Assembly: GCA_965235115.1 (NCBI GenBank)
Contig: OZ249436.1
Location: forward strand, 31,126,001 to 31,190,000
DNA length: 64,000 nt
Direction of reading: 5' to 3'
DNA from: Laetmonice hystrix
Taxonomy: Eukaryota
The notes under the pieces are model-generated. The model had not been told where the DNA came from and searched no databases. It saw only the letters and a program-made list of their open reading frames with translations. The position numbers were made by a program, and so were the translations under genes. This document shows positions 24,698-39,838 of this stretch, one piece after another. How positions within the stretch are numbered: position 1 is the first letter of the stretch; each line of letters starts with the position of its first letter.

Positions 24698-26009
24698 TTG
24701 GTATTATAATTATATCTCGATATATAAAGATATACCTCTTTACTGATATGTCTTATATGCCACTAAGTAAAAGAACTGGGACTTGCTTACACAAGGAATC
24801 AGGTGTAGCAGACCTCCAGCCAGACAAACTTACATTCCTTTTACACCTGTAGGCTGCTGAGCACTCAGGTGTAATAAATTAATAGTACTAGATTATTCCC
24901 CCACAGTGCAGGCATTTGACAGGTCTGGACAGACGACTGCCAACAACTACACCTGAAACTGATTATAGAAGTGAGCATACTAAAAGAAAGTAGGCCTGTA
25001 GTTTGGGTAGCGACATTGACTGTCAGACTGAGAGCTATTTTAGCTCTAACATTCCTCTGATACCTGCATACCTTTATATCGTAAAATCGTATCAACATAA
25101 TTCTCTTTAATCATTCGAGTTCGCCTTAGTGTCATTCTGGTTTTAGGATTAAGCTTTCCATGCATGCTTGTCTGTGCAGTTATCTTCAGGCAATTTCACT
25201 GGTCTTTAAAATGATAGGCCAAATGCTTTTAACTGAAAAAGTATACGTATTTTGTACTCAGTATTTTCAGTATGAACCTACATCCAACACTTTTATTATA
25301 TTATAAGTAACCTTTGGTTTTAATCAAGTACTGAAAACCGCATGTTTCACCCTGAGACAAGGAAGAGCCAGCTAGTATTCGTGCCTGTCGTCGGCACACC
25401 GTGTGTCCATGTTGAAAACTTAAACCGAGGGTTTGAAACAAACCGGTTTCAGGCCAACAGGTTTCCGCGACCAAAATTTACCTACCTAATGGGGCGGCTT
25501 ACTCGCGGTCTGTGTATGTACGGGCCGAGTTTGTGGTGGTTTCACTCTGAAATCTGAACACCCGACTTGGCGCGGTATCAATTCTTCAGTTGTCACACTC
25601 TCATGTCCGTCCCCACCCGACACAGTCACAAACTACATCAACGTGTGAGCAATATACGAAGCCTTCATAAACTTTGCCAGGTATAATTAATATGTTAATT
25701 ACCGGTACATGAAGTACCTTAGTGAATGGAGAGACATTTTGATATTACCATGCTAGGATAACACTTCTACACCATGCACAGGCCTTGTGAAGTTTCCTCT
25801 GAACAACTATAGTAGGATTTATCGTTAGGTCTTTCATAATGTGTATTTGTGTGACTGAGATACATATCAAATGACTGCTGCTATGGGGATAACACTTTCG
25901 AGCGGAACATGCTATTCACATGTTAATAACTGTTTGAGATTATACGTGTACATACTTGTCATCGCCCCAGTGGAATGAATGAGCTGTGATTTAATGTGTT
26001 TAGCGAGCC

Positions 26010-26110
26010 CTTGGCAACAATCGTAATACCTATATCGGCTTGCCGTATCTCGGCAACATACAACATTGGAGGAGGTATACAGACTTATATAAGGTCGAAT
26101 CGCCTCAGTC
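26010..26110 (+). promoter_or_regulatory. Putative beta-tubulin promoter: X-box-like sites, CCAAT, TATA, Inr-like TCAGT
   Basis: TTGGCAAC 26011-26018, GTATCTCGGCAAC 26045-26057, ATTGG 26065, TATATAA 26086-26092, TCAGT 26105. Motif matches only; the TATA-Inr spacing is shorter than canonical. Confidence 0.45.
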
Positions 26111-26129
26111 ACCGACAGCACTTGGGTAG

Positions 26130-27527
<1,398 letters not shown>

Positions 27528-30500
27528 GAATCTTAACTATGGTCCCCAGTTGGAAACGCCGAGGTGTCTACTTCAAGCAAGTACAATGTGCATATAAAAA
27601 GTAAAAACTGTAAAAAAAAATAGCAAAAAGACAATGTTCATTCTACTTTAATTTAGTCGGACGGTGCCTACTTCTAATGGTTGAAGTATGGCTTTCAAAT
27701 ACTTGTGTCTACAGACAGTGACACAAAACATCAAGCGGAAGTGATTATTGCTTTATGGTTGCTTTGTGGCATAGCATTTGCCAGTGCCTTCCATCCGACG
27801 TTTCGGCTGAATAAAGCATTTTTGAACACAAAATTGGATTTTGTTTATTTAATTTTGTATTATTTTTATTATGATGTGCAGAGATAAAATGCAGATATAT
27901 AGGGCCTAGTTTATCTGAGCAAAAAGTAGACTTCTTAACTGCAGTATCCTCTTTGTTATTCTTAAATATACTAATCTAATCATTTTCTTGTCACGTTCAT
28001 TAAATCTTATTTGGCCTGCCCCGGCCATTTGACATATTTTTTTTCCATGAACCCCTCTAGGCCCGTAGGCTACGCAGGAGGGGGGGGGGGGGGGGGGGGG
28101 GGGGGCGTGTCTTCTGAAAATGGACCTGAGTGATGATGCAATTGGCCTGTAGATATTTCGTATTTTGCATATTTTTTATATTTATTCTTTTATTTATCTT
28201 ATTTATTTCTTTACATATTTATTTATTTTGGAGGGAGGCCTTTGTCATCTCATATCTGTAGGCCTATAGGCTTGTGCTATGCATTTACAGGTGCGGATCC
28301 ATCACTGCACGAAAGGGGGGGGGGCACCTTCGGGCGGGAGGCGAACATGCCTGGGGTCCTCCCCAGACAATTTTTGAATTTTGATTGGGGGGGGGGGGGG
28401 CACCCCTATTTCCTAGCATATGGGGATAGCAATTGTCAATTTTCTCAAATCATTTAGGCCTGGCTTACCCCCCTGACAGGACGGGTCCAGAGCTCTTTGT
28501 GCCCAGGGTGTTCACGTGGACCTGCCTTATTTGACTTGAATTAGATCTATAACTAGTGTATAATTCTGTCGGATAAAGTGGTCACAATGGCCACTGCATG
28601 CGCTGAATATTGGGACACCTGTCAAGAATACTACTACTCCCTATAGAGGGGACTGGAGTTAGAAGCTAGGGAGTGGGTTTGATGGGGAAAGAAAGAACAT
28701 GATTTCTGGTCATTCTTACTTTTGGTCAGTTCTATTTGATTGAATATGAAGTGATTCCCTGTGCAGCGTTCCATACAGGATAGCTACAGCACAGCTAATT
28801 ATTATCCAGCATTTATAACTTTGGGAAACCAATATACCTTAATCCCCCACTTATAGATTCCCGAAGTGGGAGTGGCCGAAAATTGTCGAAAATGTATACC
28901 ACATGTAGCCCATGGTTCAAACAGTTGCCGGAAGGTGGCACACGTGTCTTGAGCACACGTGCGCCACCTTCCGGCAACAATGAAATTGGCCCGCAATGCG
29001 ACCGCCCCCACAATCTGACCATTTAGCTCAGAACCAAGGGTGATCGTTTTAGGGACGTCCGACTTACATTAGTCGGTGGGTAACAACTGATAACAGACCA
29101 ACCCTGTCAAAACCAGGTCATCTGTCACATTTTGACAGGACATAATACTGAGCTCTTTGAAATTTGAAATTTGATGCGCTCGGGAATAAGCGGCTATAGG
29201 CCTACTATAGGACAGGTAGGCCTAAGTGCGTGTGCGGGGGGGTTGGGGGGGGGGGGGTTAAGGTAGGCCTATTAGCAGGGCTGCAGCTATAGCGCGCGGG
29301 GGGTGGGCACCGCAGCAGGCCCCAGAAATTGGTCTTTATAAATCCCATAAGTATCATTAAAAGTGGCCCCCTGCTCATGAAGGCCTCACGCCTTCAGCGC
29401 TATAGCTCGCTGAGTGCACTCCCCTTTTCTGTATAATGCCTGAGCCACCCCCGCCCCCATATATTGTTCATTATACCTTCCCTTCAAAATATCTTAAAAT
29501 ACACACTTTTGAATAAACAAAATGCGCCTTGCATGTTCCATTCCTTCACAGATTATTTGCCCCCCCCCCTTATTTTTAATTTTTAAAAGATGGGGCCCCC
29601 CATCACACTATAAGACGATAGATTTTGGTCCCAGATGCCAGGAAAACGCGTTTAGGCACTTTAATCTTCAAAGGCTTCGCGTCTTCGGCGCTCGCATGGA
29701 GGGGGAGGGGGTGTGACCACTTTCCCAATTTCCTGGATCCGCCTCTCACTGCCCCCCACTTAGAAAATTCTAGCTAGGCCTATAGATACGGCCCTGATTG
29801 GTGAGACATTTTTGCCGATTTCCTAGCTTCCCCAGAAACTTTTTAATTAGAAGGCCAAAAAACGCTATTTCCCACCATCTGGAGATGGGAGTTTCTCAAA
29901 GCATTTAGGCCTAGCCTACCAATTATTATTAGGCTATAGGGGGATACGCGCCCACACCCTGGACGTGATTTCCAAAGCCCTTTTTGGCAGTGGACCTTTG
30001 CAAAGCAGAAGTCGAGGGACCCAAGCGATATAAGCAACTAGGCCTATAAAAAAGGTGCTTAAAGTCTAGAAAAAACTACGTGAACTTTGACCTGACGTCG
30101 AGCGATGGTCGGCCGATGGACTATATATATAAACCGGCTTAATGCGGAAAATGTAGTCTGTTGTTCAAATGAAGTACCTCTCAGCGTCCAGCATGGACTA
30201 ATAATAATGAATATGGAGTTAAATATTAACATAAATTTTTCACCATATAAAATTTGCCTTCATTACCCTTGACCAATATATTGGGGGAACATACTCTGCC
30301 CCTAACCCAGCGTCAGATCCCATTTCCGACGCCACTGAGAGGTATCGATATCTCTTTTTCTCTATGCACTATGCTCTAGAATCAAAGAAAAAGTAGCAGA
30401 TATGAAATAAGAACACGAAGACATTAAATAAGGGAGTACAATTCTTATATTGCGTGGACTTCCCATGTAACCGTGTATAATTTTCGGGACGTAACGTAAA

Positions 30501-31113
30501 TAACCGACGGACATACAAGAGCCGAACCAGAAGAATTCCATTATAGCTAATTCTGATGCAGAACTCAAAATAAGCAAATGTCATTGAAAGAACAAAAGTC
30601 TCAAAAACTGTATTTCAGTGGGTGCCTGTCGGAACTGGCCTTACATTAATTGCTATCTTCGAACGGGAACCATGACACTTAGACCGTAAGAATATAGGGC
30701 CTAATTATTTAGACTAGTAAGCCAGTTCTTAATGCTATACGCCACCGTCACTGCAGACAGTCACAAAATGGTATCACTAAAGTAATCTGAAAGCATAGAA
30801 ACTAAATAACAGGCATGCCATTTTTAGCCAACTTTAAACTCCAATAACAGATGGTAAAAGATAGTAGTAAAACACTTCTACAAAAATGACAACTCAATTT
30901 TTTATGTTTAATCCTTTAGTTACATGGCAGTTGGCGAAAAACGTGCACAATTTCGAGAGTTCGATTGTAACATGCGACATCAGGCGACCTTGAGCTGAAA
31001 CAATCGGCCGACTCACCAGAGTCCAGACCCAATATCGGATCGGGTTGATAGGTACCAGTCAACTAATTATTCGGCCTATACTCCCACCTTTCGTCAGTTT
31101 AAACTATTATAAT

Positions 31114-31296
31114 CAGGGTTTCCGCCAGAAAAACAATTTAGGGTACGGACCAGAGGATTTTGTTTCCAATTTTCCATTCTCATGCCTGTTTTTATCACTT
31201 CATGGAAAAATGGTTACCTAACGATTTTGAGGGTACGGATCCGAAAAATTTTAGGGTACGGAATTTTACCCATTTTACCCTCTGGCGGAAACCCTG
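31114..31296. mobile_element. Small hAT-like MITE
   Basis: TIR CAGGGTTTCCGCCAGA / TCTGGCGGAAACCCTG with internal AGGGTACGGA repeats. No clear TSD. Confidence 0.65.
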
Positions 31297-31551
31297 TAGG
31301 CCTAACGCCTGTTATAATATGGGCCTAGTTCCATCTTTTGCGAAGCGCTCGACTCACCAAATAAATAAATAATAATTGTTTAACAACCTATATCCACAGT
31401 TAGACTGTGTCACACGAAAGTTGACGCATTAACCTCCACGACGTATTTTGCTGTGTGTCGTAGATGACAGAACCAGACCGCCAAGATTTTTGGCCGGTAG
31501 AATCTCTGGTGATTGTGCGACGCTGCTGCCTCCTAGTGTGTAGATCTAATG

Positions 31552-34500
31552 CTATGTTACGCTGTTTTCCCCTACAGCTGGCGCTGCAGTAAAGTTTAAG
31601 ACCGCCGTGTGGTCGAATAGCTGTCCTAAAGTTGTACCGACTTTGACTTTGCTTGCAGTATGGTACAACTGTGTCGTTGCTTTGGGTGGATGCGTCGTCC
31701 TTGATATTCTTTTAGTTGTTTTAGTCGTCCTTATTGTTTTCGTGCTGAGAGTTTTTGGTGCCGTGGTCCTGCTAATGCGTCGTGTTGTAGGGACCTGGGT
31801 GCGCAGGGGCCGCCGGTTAAAGGGGCCGGAAAAGTTGACCAGTATGCGGGTGTACAATGGTAGGCGGTCAATGGACTCGAGGTTATAGGTCAATGTATTC
31901 AACCCCTCTTTGTCGTAATCCGCTGGCTTCAGCCACTTCCATGCCTTGTTGCTGAAAATAAAGAACATACCAACTGATGTAGATTATAGAACTATTATGT
32001 ACGCAGTGCCTACATAATACGTTTGGGGCTAATCGTATAGAGCCTATTGTGCACCACCTAACTTAACTAGGACCTATAATAGGCTTACAACCTGATGTGG
32101 ACCTATAAATGAGCTAATTCATGAGCTGATGTGGACCTATTGATGAGCTAACAATCTCTTTAATAATCGATTGCACTGAATCTCCTGTTTTTGCACCAGA
32201 TATAGCGTCCCGAGATCTATTGACTTAATATTAATCAATATTATGTTCGGCAAGAAATAGTTTGACCTTGAGTTCCAGACACCACCTACCTGTGAGGGTT
32301 GGTTGGGTTACCCTTGTCTCTCTTATGTGGGACCATATAATAATAATTAATGGTCGGGTGCCTAACGACAGCCAGCTTACGAGTCCTTACCCTATTGAGA
32401 GTCAGAATAAAACACGGTCAATATCGACTTAAGTTACACTGCGTGTACACATCATAATGTATATAGGTCTACAAACATGTGTTATTCCACATCACAGACA
32501 CGTCACCATATCCATACACATCGACGTGAGCACGTGTAGTTTGTGGCCAGGTAAATATAAACGGACAAAGCCAAGCTGGCCGACCTGAAAGGACAAATAT
32601 AAAACCCAAAAAAGCGGAATATCGATCTATAGAGGCATTATATTATAGGCCTAAATCTATAATACCACGCAGTATAATACCATTGGGTCATTTTTGGTCA
32701 CATCACATGTTTATAATAGATTTATTTTGTATAATATAATATTCTAACAATTCCATGACACCCTTTTCTGGAAAGAATAGACGTACATATGATATTGGGG
32801 GGGGGGGGGGTCAAGATATACAAAAGGATGTCAGACCGTACTTCGGTTCCTTTTTAAAGGCGCTATGGCTACGAAGCGCGTAGCCTGCTGTGGACCACCA
32901 TTTCCGATGTCCCTGCATGCATCCGCCCATGGCTGAGTTCACGCGCATGCAAACATTAGGCATGCATTATATAATACGACTTTCTCATATTATAAGACCA
33001 TGGCATTCAGGTCAGAAACAGTTCATCGATTTTTGCTGACCTCGGGAACAGCCACGTCCTGCCATCAATTCGGCCCGTGGTTTGTCGCAAGCCATTGAGC
33101 AATCGTCGTACCTGTGCGCGTGCCGAATGACAAAACCGTTGTGTAAACACTGCAAATCAATGGTGGCAGAGCCAGTCCCATCTCAAGCGCAACCAATTCA
33201 GTTTTGTCTAAAGCTGATGCATGGAAAGCCTATGTTATAAGCTGGAAGGTTTCGTACACGTATACGACGCGTTGCATGCGATAAATTGCCACTTATCTCT
33301 ATAGGGCCTATATCCAGATCGATAGCTTCAGTCGTCATCCAATTGCATCATTGTGTTGTTCAATATATAGAACCATTGCAGTTCAATTAAATACAACAGG
33401 CGTACTTTACCTAATCAAATGATGCAGAAAATTAATCAACTGGGGTCTAATTAAACTCATGTTTTTCAGAGACAGACTCGGTCAAGTGGCTAGGTTATCA
33501 AGTAAATCTTTTAGGATGTAGTAAAATATAAATTCGGCATACGTTTATAGCCTCGCGGTTCACTTGAACTGTTTGACATGAGAAATTGGGCTAAAAATTA
33601 GGCGTACGAAGGCATAAGACTGTGCAGACTTAAAAACGATCCTTAAAGTCGGGACCGAAAGAAGGAGCAAAACACCAACTTGTACGTGAAAAGGAATCAA
33701 GAATATTTAGATTATATGGTTATAATAATATGAGAAGTTGTTTCACAATTATTATTTCCTTCCGATTTTGTGGACCGACCGGTTTTCTCCCCCGGACAAA
33801 GTGAAAGTCGGCCGTTCACAAAATATATCTTTTATCATTATTATGTATACAGGTATCAAATCAAATCTGTGATCATGAATCGCCGCTTTTATATGTGCAG
33901 ATGATTATCTTGGACGATAACATGCCAACTGCAAGATTCCAGCCTGCAGTTTTCCGAACAATACATTATTGATGTTTGGGTAGTGACACGTCGTTGTTAA
34001 GCTGTGTGGTTTCGTCACATGGAGGTTCCGTCTGTATTTATGAGTAGCAGCTACTCCAACTCTGTCAAACACAGCAGGAACCTGGAGTGTCCTCGACCTC
34101 CATTGGGTCTAGCACGGCAGTATTCCTAACTCACGAATGGTCGCGATTTTGCCTTTCCTTAATTTAATCGACGGCAGGCATTTTAGTAGTGGTTTTATAT
34201 CAAATAAATAAATACTTTAATACAATATTCTTGCTCAAATCTCTCGTAAATAGCAATGAGCGAAAGCCCGTTGCAATCGATGATGGCTATATGAGGAGTA
34301 TGTCATTACGTGGAAATATGGGCGATATGAGCTTGTATAACTTAGTGAAACCGCTCTCAGGACTTATATTTTGGGAGTCCGTTTTCCTTAGATTCAAGGA
34401 GGTGTGGTAAATATAAGAAGAAGTTGTGTCCATTTTGTGTAGCACTATATGACAGTAAGAATACGCAGATATATTATAGTAGAATTACATACCTGTGAAA

Positions 34501-36580
34501 CATGTCATCGTCCTCTCCACCCCAGCCGACGTACGAGTTGGAGAAACCGTTGGCAATGTGGAAATGGCGCCCTGTAAGGCCAATGACACCTCCAAATATA
34601 CCCACGTATGGCACCCTGTAGGAGTTAGTGCAGGGAGTGCGGAGGAGAGAAAAACAAATGTCATCATTTGTTCAAACCGATGTAAATAATTATCACAAGC
34701 TATAGGGCAGAAAACAGTTATATTCGGGTGTTTTAATGTGCACTTCTGAATAATAATATAGATAATGGTATAGGTGGGACGTATGTTGGTCACAACCATA
34801 ATGTATCTCAGGCAAATGTGGCTTATGTTTTACATACAAATGCAAACTAAATGTAAATGTGACAGCTCGGCCGATAACCAACCAATATAGTTCTGATGTT
34901 GAAAGGAAGATTATAAATGAAGGACTTGTATTATTGGGAATGACCACTTACTTGTAACCAAACTTGCTGACATGGGAGCCAAGATGGCGGACACCCTGAA
35001 TACAAGCTTGAATGTTTCGATCATCTTCGGGAAGCATATCTACGTCGTTAAAGATGTAGCAGTCGAAAGGGCCGAAGTTTTTCTCAGCCTCTACGAAACC
35101 AGCATTCATCACTCGAGCCTTATTAAATGTACCACCTGCAGACTAAATGATCGTGTACGGTCAGGGTATACATGTTACTGGAGAGTGGTATAGTTTATAT
35201 TAAATCTGCAGTGAGGGTGGATTGGGGGTGGGTGAGGACAAGTCTACTCAACATGGGTCGGGCGGTTGGGGGGGGGGGGGTGGCCGCTGAGGTCGGGATA
35301 TGGCAAGATTCATATTACATGGACCGTGTTCTTCATAGCGACCTGCCATAATAATTTGCGACGTCTGAGACAAGGGTGCCCCATTTCTGCCATTAGAAAA
35401 CAAGAAATACGTTATTCTGAACTTTATACTACATCTAGGAGGAACCCAATAAGTTCCATATGACCTGAAGGGAAAGTTTCAAAGTAGGCCTATGTTTATC
35501 CAAATTACATAAGATATTCTTGAATAAAGTACCCCAACCCTTAACCTTTTAGCAGTTTTCATGTTTAAAATGTAATTTACAAACCTGTTCTGCTGCAAAT
35601 ATGGTGTAACTGAGAAGTTGTCGTTTCAGCAATGAATGCATGTGGTGGACGTACATTTGTAAATGTTCGTTTCTGTTCCGTACAGGAATGATGAGAGCGA
35701 CTCGTTGTATTGGGTTACAGTCTGGCGTGTAGTTACCACCAGCGCTAACTTCAGGATGTAACTTAATAATTTCTGCCAGTTTTACTGGTTTTAATTGGGC
35801 CCGAAGATTTTGCCGATGAACTGAAAGAAAACATGTATTTTAATTCCTTGGGGTTGGTGTTACATCAAGACCACATAATTATACAGGGAAGAAGACTTCA
35901 GGTAGAAGACACGTTTGTATTCTGTTTAGACTGCATGGATCATAATATACTACGCACTGAAGTAATGATTTACACAATAATTAATATATTAACAGCTTAC
36001 ATAACCGGTCCAACCTGACATAATCCACAGCTGTTGGCGACTATTGCATGTATAAACATGCAACAGCAGCAGTCTGGATCAACACGGGCAACTATATACC
36101 ATTGTATTGAGGGACCTGCCAATATTGCAGATACTTTTGTATTCTACATATATACTTCACCTGTTGCGGGTTTTTATGCAAGGGAGCTAAGGGGGTGGGG
36201 GCTATATTATTGTGGGTATACAAAATGTATTTGGGGGGCAAAATAAATAGAAGCTTACTCAAATTCGGGGGCGGGCATGGGCAGTCCGCCCGCCCGACCA
36301 CCTTCAGTGCAAGATTTCTCCGAGGGCATATGACATCGAGAAGTCGTATGAAGTCCCTGTTGGATGTGTTGTACTTTAACCCTTTCTGTACCGTGGGTAC
36401 TGTGACGGCAGATATGTTTCCGACGTCCCCAATGTTTCCCCCAGCGTCGACATCTGTACGTAGTCTTGCCACGTATATGTCATGCGTCATGATAAGAGCG
36501 TATATAGTTTGCAGCATGACGATGACGCCCAGGTAAAATACCAGTCTGGGATATTTGTAGAATAAAGCTAATAACCGCAT
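31552..36580 (-). CDS. GT7-family beta-1,4-glycosyltransferase, likely beta-1,4-N-acetylgalactosaminyltransferase (bre-4-like), 6 coding exons
   Basis: Exons 36259-36580 (type II TM anchor), 35585-35820 (GGNYTPDC..RVALIIPVRNRNEHL..LKRQ), 34952-35142 (FNKARVMNAGF..DCYIFNDVDMLPEDDRN..RHL), 34493-34615 (PYVGIFGGV..NGFSNSYVGWGGEDDD), 32290-32391 (YMVPHKRDKGN) and 31552-31951 (EGLNTLTY..PLYTRILV) splice in frame. Confidence 0.92.
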
Positions 36581-37845
36581 GATTTTTGTTGTGGTTAAAC
36601 GTACGTCATCTGTAGATGGGGTAAGCAGGTATAGGCCGAATCCCTTAAAACTTATGTTCTTGAAGCATCGATGCCAGCCGGATCTGCGAAGTACATATTG
36701 GAATGATCTATATAGCCAGATGTTTTTAGTCTCACATTAAACATGATTTACTGTAAACAGTCAAATAGGTCAGTAATGCCAATACAAATAGACGTAGCCT
36801 ACAGTATAAAAGAAATAGGAGTGGACTATAAAATAGAGAATCTGTCTGAAAGGATATTCTGTATAGTCTATACGTTGGGACGGGGGAGACCCACTTGGAC
36901 TATTATAGGCATAGGCGTAATCTATAGAGTGGTGACATAATCTGACGGCTTCACATGGAGGCGGACATACAGGGCTATTATACATCAATGTCGGTTCAAT
37001 AGAGCCTGTAATTATACGGAATAATCAATCAACCGTGGTTCTATACACCTCGTGTACAATGCGTTATAGTGAACAATGCAGGTAGACAAACAAGGCGCAA
37101 CCAGGATCTATAATCTCATAATTAAATATTTCCGGACGGTTAAAGGTGTTAGCTATAACGACCAGTTTGAACATGTTCTAATCCTACCCCCGCACAGTAC
37201 TTCCGACTGGAATACTAGCAGTAAAGGGGGCGTGTTCCGTGACGGCGTAATGCTGTCGATATAGTGTTGCACAGTAAAAGAACACTTGGAACTGCTTCGT
37301 CCGGATATGCGGGTTTCTCCCGTATCGTCATCATCCTAAATGGAGTGAATAAATTCAGAAGAAGAATCAGAAGAAGAAGCAGAATCAGAAGAAGAAGAAG
37401 AAGAAGAAGAAGAAGAAGATGATTAACGCTATAATATCTAGTCTTGCTAACCTGTCGGCTGCACAACTTTCACTTGAACAAAGACAAATAGAATTTTCAT
37501 GTTTTCTTCTTCAAATTCTAGCTTGGAAGTTTTCATAGTCTTCTATATATGAATGAATGAATACCATGGGTGTCTTCTTCCTACAGCCACACCACCACTC
37601 CATTCATAGAATAAAAAATAAAAATACCCCCCCCCCGACCTGGAAAAATTTGATGCGGCGGACGCTAAACAAGTAACTTTTTTCCTTTGTCCTTGTTTCT
37701 GTGTTGGTGCATGTCAATAGCCAGTCCCTGTCGGGAATCCCCCCACCCCGGGACCAGTTGCACGACTATCCGTTCGTTAAAATTATCATTGAAAATACAT
37801 GGGGAAATTAACGAACGGAGAGTTATGCAACTGGCGTAACTGATG

Positions 37846-38188
37846 GGTCGTGCTAATTGCCGTCCAGAGCCATCCGGAGCCGTCCAGAACCGTCCAGAGC
37901 CGTCCGGATACCGTCCAGAGCCGTCCGGATACCGTCCAGAGCCGTCCAGATACCGTCCGGATGCCGTCCAGAGCAGTCCAGATACCGTCCGGATATAATA
38001 TAACTAACCCTAAACCTAACCTTAACTCTAACCCATAGGGTGTCTGACCAATGGGCCTACACCCCCACCGTGTCCGAACGGTACCGGACGGTGTCCGGAC
38101 GGCACCAGACGGTGTCCGGACGGCACCAGACGGCACCAGACAGTGTCCGGACGGCACCGGACGGTACCTGACGGTAATTAGTAGGACC
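37846..38188. mobile_element. Palindromic non-autonomous element: CCGTCC(A/G)GA repeat arms around an AACCCTAAACCTAAC core
   Basis: TIR GGTCGTGCTAATTGCCGTC / GACGGTAATTAGTAGGACC. The short-repeat arrays are mirror-oriented. Confidence 0.7.
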
Positions 38189-39710
38189 GTAACTTGATTG
38201 ATCTCAGTTTGCCCAGTTCGCTGTTTATTGGAGCCTGTTTTAGTGTTTATTAATGCCCCTACAAAACGTCGGATTTCCCCAATTCTGCTCACTCAGATAT
38301 AATATGTCATATACCTGTGATAGTCGGCAAATGAAACCGTGGGCATAAATTAACAATAATATGAACACAGTCTCTGTGATGGTGAGTAGAGTGCTATGTC
38401 AAACAGGGGTCTAATTAAGTGGGAGTTGTTGACATTGCTCATGAAAACACCATCTTTGGACACTATATACATAATTATTAACTCCTCTGTAAAAGCATGC
38501 AGTAGGCCTAGACATTATCATGCGGAGTAGCATCTTAGGTTGCAAACGTTTGAATTTTACTATACTGGAACTGTCTGAAATCTGCTCACTCAGATTGTAA
38601 TGAAAGAAAGATCAATGGCATATTGTTATTATCTGGTTGCGATGTGTGTAATGACAAATCATACACGTACCTGAGTCAGGCTGTAGCCCCTGTCACTGTG
38701 GAGTCAAGGTGTCGGCACAATCCGGGTTCATGCACGATTCACCGACTCCTAAGTTATAACACATTGAAGGTTCACGAATCGACGAATCCAGGTGACTCGT
38801 TCCGCTTCGGCGTTTTCGCCAGAAATAGCTACTGCAAACCTTGCACGCTGGCCCAAACTATGCCATGGCTATCACACGTGGACGAGATGTGAAAAAGTTC
38901 TGCTATTATTGACTGATACAAATTTAAGACTGCCAGGAACACACATGAGCCTGTCAGAAGCTTCAGGCTAATCCGTATCGGTCGCCAAACCACATTTAAA
39001 TCGACGTTGAAGTATCCCCCAGCCTACCGACGGGCCCACGTCATAGAATCTAAAACGTAATGCACCGGTCAGTCGTCGTCTGGCGTTATTTCTGGGCATT
39101 TACGCCTGACAGGACCAAACCCGTGCCCCCTCCAAACTGCGGGTTGAACGAGTTCAAGTCTTCAACGTTGGAGAGGCCGACTTCCATATGCATGCGTCGT
39201 GGCACTATTCCGTCGGTGCGCATGTATGCACTGTCTAGAGTAGGCTGTTGCTGGGCAAATAAAGTTGAGTTTACTCATGAGGTGAGGAAGACTGGGGGAA
39301 ACACGACCTCTGGGATCGACAGAATGGGTCGCCTGCATGGGGGTTCATTGACGTTGGGTCGGCAGTAAGGAGCCATTTTCATGCATAGTGTGGCCTACAC
39401 TTTCTTGGCGTGCATATAATGATTGTCCGACGCGCTCTCAGATATTCTTTGGCCTTTCTTCACAGCTAGAGACATAGGCGTATACATATACATGTAGGTG
39501 GTATGGGTATATACCACGCTGATGGCGCATATATATATAGGCCCATATGACCCAAATAGGCCTACAAGATCACCAAAAACACCACGCTATAAAAGAAGTT
39601 TTGTTAGGATATTTGAGGGCATAAGTGGCAATTGACTCTTTCTCTAAGGTCGGGTTCACACTTCAAGCAGTTCCGGCTACTACGTCTACGGGGTGCAGTG
39701 GTCGTGACCT

Positions 39711-39838
39711 GGTCCTGGTTCACAAAGAAAGTCAAGTCAATTTTAATTGACTTGAAATCCATTTTAACCAATCAGATTCTAGTAAAATTGACTTCAAGTC
39801 AATTAAAATTGACTTGACTTTGTTTGTGAACCGGGCCC
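39711..39838. mobile_element. 128-bp fold-back MITE
   Basis: GGTTCACAAAGAAAGTCAAGTCAATTTTAATTGACTTGAA / TTCAAGTCAATTAAAATTGACTTGACTTTGTTTGTGAACC, a near-perfect inverted repeat. Confidence 0.8.

Noticed and set aside
37786..38292. 168-aa repetitive ORF
   Set aside because: Derived from the short-repeat arms of a non-coding palindromic element.
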